DNA from: a virus
Taxonomy: Duplodnaviria > Caudoviricetes
Reading direction: 5' to 3' (one strand)
Length of the DNA: 53,822 nucleotides
Virus record (IMG/VR): IMGVR_UViG_3300007522_000026
Location: 1 to 53,822 of that record
In this document: positions 47,001-53,822 of the stretch, piece after piece
How the letters are laid out: every line of letters begins with the position of its first letter
Position numbering within the stretch: position 1 is the first letter of the stretch
Program-made: the position numbers and the translations under genes
The notes under the pieces: model-generated
What the model saw: the letters and a program-made list of their open reading frames with translations, nothing else
The model's database searches: none
Told to the model about the DNA's origin: nothing

Positions 47001-47773
47001 GCATATCGTTCTTTTAGACTTTTTATTTCTACATCTAATTTTTGTATTTCCTCACTAGTAGCTAAAGTTTGTTCTACTTCTAAAAGAGATTTTCTTCTAA
47101 GTATAAGTTCTTTTTCAAGAACTCTTTCTGTTTCTTGAATCTTTTTAATACCACCGCCAGCGCTAATAGCGCCAGTAGCGCCCGAACTAGCCAATGGTGG
47201 TTCAGGCGCAGGCTTAGGTCTATTACTTATTAATATATCATCCCTAGTTCCAGTAGATCTAAGTATAGGTGCTGCTTTTTTTTGAAATAAAGCAGGAATT
47301 TTACTTGGCTCCACACCTTCAGTAGAAACGCTACGCAAGGTTTGTGCAAACGTATCATCATAAAGTTTTTGTTCACGTGGACTAAGATTACCGACTCTAC
47401 CAATTCTTTTAGCAACTGCAGTCTTTGATCCAGTTTTTAAAGCATCCAAATCAGATTTTAATACTTTACCTTCTTTACTGGTAGAAACTCTATCAGTTGT
47501 TCTACCAGAAGCTAGCTGTCTATTTAATTTAATTCCTTTTTCAGTTAAAGCATTTAATGTTGCTTGTTTTTCAATCTCAGCATCTTTTGCACTTTTTGTT
47601 AATGATGTTTTTTCTTTTGTATCAAGTAATTTCTTTTGAGCAGTTGCTGGCAAAGAAACTTGTTTTTTGCTAGCCTTAGGAACGTTAAATTTATTAGTTA
47701 ATTTTTCAATCTCTAAAAGCTTTTGTTTGATATCAGATATATCAAGACCAACTTTTATAATTGGATTAGCCAT
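41084..47773 (-). CDS. Tape measure protein
   Basis: 2229 aa, Ala/Lys/Gln-rich helical, TP901-like core (IAPVAKEAGFSLEE), follows the chaperone genes. Confidence 0.93.
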   Translation of the reverse strand: MANPIIKVGLDISDIKQKLLEIEKLTNKFNVPKASKKQVSLPATAQKKLLDTKEKTSLTKSAKDAEIEKQATLNALTEKGIKLNRQLASGRTTDRVSTSKEGKVLKSDLDALKTGSKTAVAKRIGRVGNLSPREQKLYDDTFAQTLRSVSTEGVEPSKIPALFQKKAAPILRSTGTRDDILISNRPKPAPEPPLASSGATGAISAGGGIKKIQETERVLEKELILRRKSLLEVEQTLATSEEIQKLDVEIKSLKERYAANLALGVVRDARFVGTQDIKKQGSQEQRAVAAGIPIQSVGPNIVAAQDKAQQLEQGLATLSGEQLVAAEKQLLQEYEIIKANAKILGDKRLEAAAGDQIRALKSRQTAAARVAEAPARDLNAAQSRDAIAKSPEGQAAVKQRAKTDFATGQLSRLEKAKLAGTVPKDANIESVNKNYRNANARAKRATDKLEGISEKEIIAKNESLVKTLEEGKLNAIILGKKKGAQVLDDQINNAKGRISSQQKIEQEQDRANKAADKAAAKAEKIPPKTSLEKARDEVSYAQSPRGQQEQRLKQEASDVRKASRKQAKAEDSNTNTKPLGVFGRFTSKFGLNSQKDQSASKFFGSGALTSLKYAIPSMALFGAASGISKSVVEAEQFKVELNKIQEQVDATNWSKYGSDSKTAFAEIKSEIINISKETGLQLDIVASLTQQLIGAFASETIGNKSGLELVKSQVESATKIAIATELAPKEITDGLTAASLSFGRTFEDIGNVAVALERSSGVLGRETIAFIGDIAPVAKEAGFSLEEFSALAATAQQRSGKSGAALAENFGRIIPAISENKDKLLELAVASDALRTPEFINAVNNSDIQGTLTTIAKEYENLNAKSKQFVVSLLGGKREAQALIPALANNEVLERLTQAAEDSSGSLETRYQKILSSLTISVKALVQQMHVLAMEFLDSGLTAGLQAAIGAAKGLVFSLSGALKIVGSINKVLQGFPGIMLTFALIVKGIGGLGKKFLPGSLTSIRGLTGGAGRGLAGGGASAGLTAAKNAEAAATERLTLANQALMAATFELGITGQALAAIEVEATAAKEAHRLATQNLTLAEGQLTATRVTGAAASAPVLAAKQALALAEVEHLAALQAAQVAEASGAANDTLVIQANARVVASTEAKIAAEVAYTEALNLSGAAQVKGAATATLAAPTAASRGAAVGSGFLRLIGGGSVGIGAGVAVAAIFASVWYGLSKKADSLAEEAKEIAKIEQEATKKILESFKGNPVELAAAKETRIDVLKELKRKAKSKEGIVSQLVSGAKGIFGDAPSSEAQLIQDQINELSVSPQKALAIKLLKSGNLAYNINTFKPELGKPTGDFEFKIKELIAVSGNRNNDGVKDFEKSGDTKILNRNTISTSFDKEEKAYLKKLADFLGLNDPSELTGQIVKLALQDRQDFIQQVTSIADTGLLIGKDGKKGDRVDDKGTIQLANNIIKNFESRQAGGASQGDINQLIEVEYQKIFGKAASVKADATLTELKSLLDSGGISRNQFIKGYLIQIENFKDVVKKGGSVDDKFLATLREAQKTVSEEVSKTVSSQISIAKRSQSFSGNNDIKRQQQILKSIVSGLGTDNISADLAGELALEYVDIQKSIMDTRIKNAYTAQQAVDIANSRIDIPVSAQLGLLKSSLQQLTGSYEAFNLAFLAISGETADMFLESILNQIDSGQITVKQGRDQLIEKMNVLAIEKARLSTLAPAGTDPADLAPSLNPVDFIAAPDIPTPGNLKDPKNGLERMINGVLYRYNAKSRKWEIISKQSMQTGRTSGMFSTPGKVVDYESKQAITSKDAAALGLPDPRPTNRRSAKPAKTVTAGPAPSASVRTPAEEAALANITLVIETIFQALGLDTFAKDAKDAANAATIAADEATKKEAIKNLQAERQAQFGLFAAMQTFNGDIVASAETNVIAAQEAVANATNVSELAAAQSSLISAQKALEDANNIQREAQFALFSAIIAKNDPIAQANISLVLAKQQATEARGIAAQADAARRVIEIQKELTDAMNAARISQFDLRQAELTAMGDEVGAAQVAAQSTRQQLADTIAAGAGVAAINQARAATISADKAARDAVFSDKMDDYKFLLDMGQITKSQYANYLEGLKTTLIPGTKQFKDLELTIKQLKNDIGSDLQQNLPTSLALPTLYEVRRLDQVSQTRDAAGRAGIGYQDNRTQDIKIYVNNGMGESEVVEVLSQALGTGRSGSGPRRY

Positions 47774-47825
47774 TAAACCCCCTAATGTAAGCTCCTAAAT
47801 ACAAACTCCTAATAAACATATCGTC

Positions 47826-48134
47826 CTAATCGCCAGCAAAGCTTTCAAACAATTCATTTTCTTCAAAAACCGCACCAGGTTCATCCGAAGAAACACCATA
47901 CTTATCATCACGAACCTTACTAACATTCTTAAACCATTTTGTTAACTCCCAATCAAGATGCCACATCCACTGAGGCGGCATCTCATCAGAAGCAAGATTT
48001 TCACGCCAAGAACAAATAGAAATAGCATGATTAATAGCTACGGCAAGATCAGCAGGAGCAGTTTCAATATTAGTACCAGCAGGCCATATTGAATTACCAT
48101 CACCAAGGGCTTTAGCAGTTTCAATAGCATTCAA
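47826..48134 (-). CDS. Tail assembly chaperone, -1 frameshift extension
   Basis: Reached from the upstream ORF by a -1 slip at GGGAAAA (...EGK-RLAGGIHFLNAIETAK). Confidence 0.85.
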   Translation of the reverse strand: MNAIETAKALGDGNSIWPAGTNIETAPADLAVAINHAISICSWRENLASDEMPPQWMWHLDWELTKWFKNVSKVRDDKYGVSSDEPGAVFEENELFESFAGD

Positions 48135-48151
48135 AAAATGAATGCCACCTG

Positions 48152-48964
48152 CTAGTCTTTTCCCTCAATTGAGCTAACTGAAACTGTGAGGAAAGTCTCT
48201 TTAAGGTCATCTAAAATATTATTATCAAGATGATAAAGATCATCACGGCTATCAAAATATCTTTCAGAATGATCACTTGGATCTTTCATAGAAAAATATA
48301 CTTGCCAGTCACGAAATTCATTAACAAAAGCCATATTGCTTTCTGATTCAATCAGCTTCTTGAGAACTTTATTTAAAATTTCTTCATCAGGATCATCATG
48401 AAATGACTCAATAAGATTAACCTTTTCAGCTTCTATCTCTTTATCTACCTGATCCATAAACTTCTTCAAAGCTTCAAAAACACGTTTTGCTTCAGGGTCT
48501 TCAGAATCCTCAATAAACTTATCATATAAAGAACTTTCCCAAGCGGATTCTAAAGAATTTAAATAATCATCATTTGACCATTCTTTTTCATCAGATAATC
48601 TTTCCCTTGCAGAAGTTCTAAACTCATCAAGTTCTGATTCAATCAGAAAAAGAATATAATCATTACGTTCAATAATTCCATAGTCTACAAGTTTAAATCT
48701 ATACTCATCCCAATCCGCATGATCCATAGGCCGTCTAGCAATGGCCTGCAGCGCTCCCCTAGAACGAGAAGCCTTGTTAGCGCATTCCCTTTCTTCTAAC
48801 TGAGAGAGCTTAGAAACCCAAATTGGAATATCAACCATTTCAATAGTATTGTCTTCAAGTTGCACCGGACCTCTAAACGAATGCAATGAACCAATTTGAT
48901 AAAGATCCCTCAGTTGCCTTTTCTTTGGAACAACAATTTCATTAGCTACTTCAATATCTGTCAT
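48152..48964 (-). CDS. Tail assembly chaperone
   Basis: Acidic; between the major tail and tape measure genes; ends GAG GGA AAA GAC TAG. Confidence 0.85.
   Translation of the reverse strand: MTDIEVANEIVVPKKRQLRDLYQIGSLHSFRGPVQLEDNTIEMVDIPIWVSKLSQLEERECANKASRSRGALQAIARRPMDHADWDEYRFKLVDYGIIERNDYILFLIESELDEFRTSARERLSDEKEWSNDDYLNSLESAWESSLYDKFIEDSEDPEAKRVFEALKKFMDQVDKEIEAEKVNLIESFHDDPDEEILNKVLKKLIESESNMAFVNEFRDWQVYFSMKDPSDHSERYFDSRDDLYHLDNNILDDLKETFLTVSVSSIEGKD
48158..48164 (-). other. Programmed -1 frameshift slippery site GGGAAAA
   Basis: XXXYYYZ heptamer just before the stop; the -1 frame is open into the downstream ORF. Confidence 0.88.
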
Positions 48965-48994
48965 ATTACTCCTTCATCTAAAGAACTATATCCT

Positions 48995-49023
48995 ATTATA
49001 ACACAGATTTGTCTAACCTACAA
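48995..49023 (-). promoter_or_regulatory. Extended -10 promoter upstream of the chaperone/tape measure genes
   Basis: TTGTAG-N17-TATAAT with TG at the extended position. Confidence 0.55.
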
Positions 49024-49033
49024 ATCCAAACAC

Positions 49034-49069
49034 ATGTGGGGTCCTAGAATAAATCCCAGGACCCCACAT
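49034..49069 (-). terminator. Stem-loop terminator after the major tail gene
   Basis: ATGTGGGGTCCTGGGA-TTTA-TTCTAGGACCCCACAT; G-U pairs form on the minus strand; GU-rich tail. Confidence 0.75.
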
Positions 49070-49095
49070 ATATTCAATACTTTAAATAACTAGAT

Positions 49096-50349
49096 TCAGA
49101 CTCTAGAGCCATTATAAACATAGAGAACACCACTATCTGAAGTAAATTTAGCAGAAGTTTCAAGCTTAGTCTGAACCTGACCACTATAACCTGGCACCAT
49201 GAAACGTGCGTCAGGGACATAGAAGGTCTTAAGACGGGTACCAGTATCAGGATGACTGATTCTGACCTCCATAGGAACAGGAACAGTAATATTTGGACCG
49301 ATTACCTCACTACTATCAACACCAGTAAACTGTGCAATCTTAGCAAACAGATCAGCAGGGTCAAAAGGCTTAAGTCCAACGGAACCAGAAACCTCAGGAA
49401 CATCATAATCGTATGCTACTGAACGCTCGTTACCAAGCTCCATGTCCTTTTCAAGAGAAGCAGTCCAACCGATATCAACTGACTGAACAGAAGTAAGGCG
49501 TGAGAATACTGGAGTTGCAGAAACTGAACCAATGTAAATATCAATATCCTTGGAACGAATAGCAGCAGGCTTAACACTATTGCTAACATGAACAGGCTGA
49601 CCACTAGGGTTATTGCCGGTCTGACTGTACGAAGTGGTAGTAGCAGAACCATATGTCACATGAACCGTGTCATAGGTTGCGGACTCATCAGCCGCAAGGG
49701 TGAAGGTTGTGGTGGTATTAACATAACCAGAATCGCCAGAGCTATCAAAGAATAGACGCTTATATGCTCCAGTAACAGAATCCTTCAAGCAGACGCTAAG
49801 AACATAAACCATGTCACCTGACTGATCATAAAGCGTAGCAGTATTAGTAATCGTATAGGGGCCCACACCAGTGTTATTAAACTCTTGAACGTAAGGCTGA
49901 CCGGGCGTATAGAAGATTGAGTCACCAGCGAAAGAAAAAGTCTGACTAGCGTTAGATCCAACACCAAACTTATATGATGCGCTTGACATCGTGAGATAAG
50001 GAATAACTACACCCTTGACAATATTAAACTGTCCACGGCGTGACTTCCAAGGTGAAATAATATCAATCGGAACTGCGTTAGCAAAGTCAATAACATTAGT
50101 ACCAACTGTGCTAGAGAACGAGGTAGGATTTTTACCAATTACAACTGCCTCAAATTCACAGCTCGTATCAAATGATTCAAGATCGAAAGTGATCTCAGGG
50201 ATATCACGGATAGTAGCCACAGACTGGTAGTTACCAAGTTCGTAGATTTTTTCTTCTGGCATATTTAGGTCGCCGGGACCAGCAGACTGAATTCTATCCA
50301 GCACATACTTTCCTGCCTGTGTGACGATTTGACCGCCTCTAATGCTCAT
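49096..50349 (-). CDS. Major tail (tube) protein
   Basis: Position before chaperones and tape measure; Ser/Thr/Gly-rich; GAGGAGG RBS before MSIRGG. Confidence 0.8.
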   Translation of the reverse strand: MSIRGGQIVTQAGKYVLDRIQSAGPGDLNMPEEKIYELGNYQSVATIRDIPEITFDLESFDTSCEFEAVVIGKNPTSFSSTVGTNVIDFANAVPIDIISPWKSRRGQFNIVKGVVIPYLTMSSASYKFGVGSNASQTFSFAGDSIFYTPGQPYVQEFNNTGVGPYTITNTATLYDQSGDMVYVLSVCLKDSVTGAYKRLFFDSSGDSGYVNTTTTFTLAADESATYDTVHVTYGSATTTSYSQTGNNPSGQPVHVSNSVKPAAIRSKDIDIYIGSVSATPVFSRLTSVQSVDIGWTASLEKDMELGNERSVAYDYDVPEVSGSVGLKPFDPADLFAKIAQFTGVDSSEVIGPNITVPVPMEVRISHPDTGTRLKTFYVPDARFMVPGYSGQVQTKLETSAKFTSDSGVLYVYNGSRV

Positions 50350-50504
50350 TATAAGGACCTCCTCTACCACGGAAATGTGGTAATGTTAAGTTTATTCGGA
50401 TAAGCTAATATAACCTTTTTCCGTGATATCTATAGTTTAATATATACATTAAAGAACAAGTTCTTCCTAATACATATTATCGGATATAATCATGAAATAT
50501 TTAA

Positions 50505-51392
50505 TTATATACTTTTTATAGCTTTATTTTCCATCGAACTAATCAATTTAGCTAATTGTTTAGGATAGTTTATATTAATATAAGCTGATCCTGCATCAAG
50601 ATATCTTTTCCCCTGTATACCAAACTTTGAACGACGACTTCTGAAGAATGGAGCTTTTGTGCCTTTTTGACTTTTTATAATCATACTACTACCAACATAC
50701 AAATAGCCTACGCCAGAACCCCTAGAAGGTACTAATGTCTTTCCAGGTGTTGATCCTGCTCGCGTACTAGACCAAATACCCAATCCACTGCCTGGAACAC
50801 TAAAGGCTTTAGAAGGCTTAAAACCTATTAATTCTGCACCAGGAAACTGAGTGCCTCCGCCAAGTACTGAAGGAAACTTCATGTTTGGAGTCTTAGGTTT
50901 TTCTGAACCACCTGGAGCGGCACCAAAGTTAAGCCTATACCATTGCGGTGCATGGGAATCTAAAACAATTTTATCAGCAAAGAGTATATATTTATTATCA
51001 AAAGTAACAAATTTAGGATCATTAAAAGCTCTTTCCATAGCACCATCAGAATATCTTTTAAGTGTACCAGTATCATTCCAACGATATGATGGAGTAGAAC
51101 CAATTCCAGAAGCTGCATAAGCTTGGATTACTGCACTTCTAGCACCTTCAGCAATATCTTTATTCATCTCCTTAAATGAAGACCCATTAATGTCTTTGCC
51201 AAATAATCTAGCATATTTTCTAAGAATCTTTGCAACTTCACTATTAGCAGTTTTAGCTAAATCTCTAGTTATTTGTCCACCGTCAATAACTGATCCAACT
51301 ATATATTCACTTCCTCCAGCAGCAATACGATTTTCCAGTGCTTGAGAAATAAACTGGCCGGTAAGCGTATCTCGTCTAATAATCTGAGCCAT
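50505..51392 (-). CDS. Putative neck/tail-completion protein
   Basis: Basic; GIQGKRYLDAG ending resembles HK97 gp10-like proteins; position. Confidence 0.45.
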   Translation of the reverse strand: MAQIIRRDTLTGQFISQALENRIAAGGSEYIVGSVIDGGQITRDLAKTANSEVAKILRKYARLFGKDINGSSFKEMNKDIAEGARSAVIQAYAASGIGSTPSYRWNDTGTLKRYSDGAMERAFNDPKFVTFDNKYILFADKIVLDSHAPQWYRLNFGAAPGGSEKPKTPNMKFPSVLGGGTQFPGAELIGFKPSKAFSVPGSGLGIWSSTRAGSTPGKTLVPSRGSGVGYLYVGSSMIIKSQKGTKAPFFRSRRSKFGIQGKRYLDAGSAYININYPKQLAKLISSMENKAIKSI

Positions 51393-51393
51393 A

Positions 51394-51630
51394 TTAACCC
51401 CCGTTCATTATCTCGTCTAACTTATCCAAAAAGTCATCGTTAATAACAATATTGTCACCAATAAGATCAAAAGCCAAATCACATAAATCATTAATATTAT
51501 CTAAAATAACTTTTCTAAGCTCAAAAGAAACATCTTGAGGTAAATATGTATCACATTGTTTTTCTTTATGTGAAAGTATTGTTGCTATAGCCCTATCTCT
51601 CCTTCTGCCAAAAAAATCCCTATCATTCAT
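51394..51630 (-). CDS. Hypothetical protein
   Basis: AAGGA RBS; 78 aa. Confidence 0.65.
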   Translation of the reverse strand: MNDRDFFGRRRDRAIATILSHKEKQCDTYLPQDVSFELRKVILDNINDLCDLAFDLIGDNIVINDDFLDKLDEIMNGG

Positions 51631-51639
51631 AATTATCCT

Positions 51640-52503
51640 TTATCTTGTAAGCCAAAACCATGTTACTGGGCCAATGATACCATCTACCTTCATCTGCGAA
51701 TCGTTAAGTTTAAAAAACCTCTTAACATTACGTTGGAAGATGCGGGTTGCGGCCACAGATGCGGGACCGAAGTTTCCATCAACAGCAAGATCAGGTCCGT
51801 CAAGTTTATTATTCAATAATGCTTGCGCCCATTTTGCTGCATCACCCTTCGATCCTTCTTTAACAATTTGAGCCGATGCTGCCTTAATGCCTGCTGCAAT
51901 AGCTGAAAGATCAACAGAATCAGGTTGTGCTGGTTGTGGAATAATCGGAGCTACTTGACCTTCATGCCATTGGCGGCAAAACTCTGCTGTAAGAATTCTC
52001 ATGTCTGCACCAGAAACTGTGTGCATATCAATTTTGCGTGATGTATATTCTTTATGCATACAGCATTCAGGTACTCTACTAGCGTCATAACCGATAAGTG
52101 CTGCTGTTGCTTTAGCAATTACAAACAGCTGATCTAATCGCCACGGTTCGGTGGAATTGTAACCAGTGTTCTCTATTTCAATGCCATACATTGTACTATT
52201 ACCACGATTTGTAACCCCACGCCATGCTCCTGTACCAGCATGATTTGCTTTACCAGAAGCGATCACAATACAAATATTTGAACGTGTCATAAGAACATTA
52301 CATAATGGTCCAGCAAGATCAATACGACCGTCAGTTACAGTACCAAGAGAAGGCGCATCCCTGCCAAGACCTGAAGCAGTATGATGCCACATAACACCAT
52401 TAGGTGTAAAGCCATCTGATTTACCACGAGTCTGCCATCCTGGTTGCTCTTTAACAACAAGACCAGCTTCTCTTAATCTATCTGCAATTCCTAAGTCTCT
52501 CAT
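51640..52503 (-). CDS. Endolysin: N-acetylmuramoyl-L-alanine amidase (Amidase_2) plus peptidoglycan-binding domain
   Basis: GWQTRG, MWHHTAS, ANHAG, GIEIEN, HKEY...KID; C-terminal VDGNFGP...FQ...VDGIIGPVTW. Confidence 0.92.
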   Translation of the reverse strand: MRDLGIADRLREAGLVVKEQPGWQTRGKSDGFTPNGVMWHHTASGLGRDAPSLGTVTDGRIDLAGPLCNVLMTRSNICIVIASGKANHAGTGAWRGVTNRGNSTMYGIEIENTGYNSTEPWRLDQLFVIAKATAALIGYDASRVPECCMHKEYTSRKIDMHTVSGADMRILTAEFCRQWHEGQVAPIIPQPAQPDSVDLSAIAAGIKAASAQIVKEGSKGDAAKWAQALLNNKLDGPDLAVDGNFGPASVAATRIFQRNVKRFFKLNDSQMKVDGIIGPVTWFWLTR

Positions 52504-52654
52504 GATTATTCTCCCTGTAATTGTTCAAGAGCAGCATCTAAGCCCCCTGTTATAGTTAATTTTAATTGATCAATTGTTAAAGCTTAATTCATTCTAGAGC
52601 TATCATCATTACGTTCCATATTATTTCATCGAACTGGAGAAATTCGTTTGGCAT

Positions 52655-52936
52655 CTAGCCGACAGACCAGGCTTGCGCCTCAGCCACAAGATGCGCTTCT
52701 TCCTGATGTACGGCGTTCGCAGCGTCGGCAAGGGTAAGCACACCTTCAACAGCTAAAAGTGTGGCGAGCGCGCCGGTCGTGTCGAGCGGGGGGTAAGCAA
52801 AAACGGGGAGCGTGATTGGTTCCGCAGCGATCTCAACACCCTGAGAGTCATAGGTGACGCGCATCCCTGTGCCGTCGAGGTTGTCTACAACCCGCTCGCG
52901 GAGAACACCATCCGTGTAAGTTTGCTGGTTCATCAT
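52655..52936 (-). CDS. Small protein coupled to the fibre gene (possible fibre chaperone)
   Basis: ATGA overlap with the fibre gene; GC-rich. Confidence 0.65.
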   Translation of the reverse strand: MMNQQTYTDGVLRERVVDNLDGTGMRVTYDSQGVEIAAEPITLPVFAYPPLDTTGALATLLAVEGVLTLADAANAVHQEEAHLVAEAQAWSVG

Positions 52937-53820
52937 GTTGCCCTCAAAAATATTATCGGCGGTTGTGTTGCGTTTACCGTGCCGGGTGATGCGGTGCCCG
53001 GCAAAACCCCGGTCACCGAGTTTTGAAATTTGCCTCCTGTGGCGATGTTCGCAGCGTCAGGCACGCCGATGGTTGGGGCGAAGCAGGTGAACGTGGGTGA
53101 GCCTGAAGTGATTTGCGCTACAGCTGCAAGCCACCAGATGCCAGCTGTTAGCTGCTGGGAGATTGTCACGGCTTTAAACGCTGCGGCGGTGCTTAGATCA
53201 ACGGTCCCCGCGTCCAGCAGAAGCGTTGCTGGCAAGTCGCTGGAGTTTGTGTATATTCCGAGCCGGACGACAGAGCTTGCGCCTGCGGATGTTGCAGCGT
53301 GGTTGATTGAGATGCGGTCAAAAGTTGTTGTGCGTGATACAAGGAACGGAACAAAAATCAGTCGATTATTTGTGACCGTTGATGCGCCACCACCGGCTGT
53401 GGCTGTGGCTGTGTATTGGCTGGAAACATGCAGTGCGGGCGAAGCGCCTGTAGCACCTGTAGTTCCTGTAGCACCTGTAGCACCAACACCTGTAGCACCT
53501 GTAGTTCCTGTAGCACCTGTAGCACCAACACCTGTAGCACCTGTAGTTCCTGTAGCGCCTGTAGCACCTGTAGTTCCTGTAGCACCAACACCTGTAGCAC
53601 CTGTAGTTCCTGTAGCACCTGTAGCACCAACACCTGTAGCACCTGTAGTTCCTGTAACACCTGTAGTTCCTGTAGCACCTGTAGCACCAACACCTGTAGC
53701 ACCTGTAGTTCCTGTAGCACCTGTAGCACCAACACCTGTAGCACCTGTAGTTCCTGTAGCACCTGTAGCACCAACACCTGTAGCACCTGTAGTTCCTGTA
53801 ACACCTGTAGTTCCTGTAGC
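52933..53820 (-). CDS. Collagen-like fibre protein, 5'-truncated by the window edge
   Basis: One open frame: (GAT/GTT/GVT)n then [12 protein letters not shown]...TFDRISI...VVRLGIY...[12 protein letters not shown], joining the track's 52933-53235 ORF. Confidence 0.85.
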   Translation of the reverse strand, partial: ATGTTGVTGTTGATGVGATGATGTTGATGVGATGATGTTGATGVGATGATGTTGVTGTTGATGVGATGATGTTGATGVGATGTTGATGATGTTGATGVGATGATGTTGATGVGATGATGTTGATGASPALHVSSQYTATATAGGGASTVTNNRLIFVPFLVSRTTTFDRISINHAATSAGASSVVRLGIYTNSSDLPATLLLDAGTVDLSTAAAFKAVTISQQLTAGIWWLAAVAQITSGSPTFTCFAPTIGVPDAANIATGGKFQNSVTGVLPGTASPGTVNATQPPIIFLRAT

Positions 53821-53822
53821 AC
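53446..53822. repeat. Tandem repeat (9-nt unit, ~42-nt higher-order unit) encoding collagen triplets
   Basis: acctgtagc / acctgtagt / tcctgtagc / accaac units, nearly identical. Confidence 0.95.

Noticed and set aside
19135-50230. Many 60-195 aa antisense or nested ORFs in the track
   Set aside because: They shadow well-supported genes and lack RBSs or motifs.
50477-50503. Sigma28-like promoter TAAA-N15-TCCGATAA
   Set aside because: Single instance in AT-rich DNA and no sigma factor gene in the window.
53358-53822. [12 protein letters not shown] in the track; possible CRISPR-like array
   Set aside because: It is an alternate frame of the collagen repeat, and there are no unique spacers.

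Overview
Part of a large, AT-rich, long-tailed (siphovirus-like) dsDNA phage genome, organised as two converging arms that meet at a bidirectional terminator (~16.24-16.29 kb). The + arm (1-16.2 kb) is early/accessory: pentapeptide-repeat minigenes, rIIA/rIIB, an acidic ArdA-like protein, a DUF6744-like gene, RuvB, Ku, an ATP-dependent ligase, a MoxR/RavA AAA+ plus VWA pair, and a module of degenerate SNF2-like gene, PAPS-reductase family (IbrA-like), ParB-N (IbrB-like) and an atypical tRNA. The - arm carries an Rpf-like lipoprotein, RecA, DnaE, primase-helicase, SSB, Sak4-like ATPase, an intein-containing Cas4/RecB-like nuclease with an apparent ATT start, the tail module (major tail protein, frameshifted chaperones, tape measure, minor tail proteins, collagen fibres) and an amidase endolysin. 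Several cues suggest an actinobacterial, possibly Acidimicrobiia, host (inference). The most unusual signals are a perfect 62-nt mini-cloverleaf before the primase-helicase, two other cloverleaf or four-way-junction RNAs, a RuvB-Ku pair with no RuvA/RuvC in the window, the dead-helicase/IbrAB/tRNA module, and pentapeptide minigenes bounded by one repeated RBS motif. All protein family calls come from motif recognition by eye, not from database searches.
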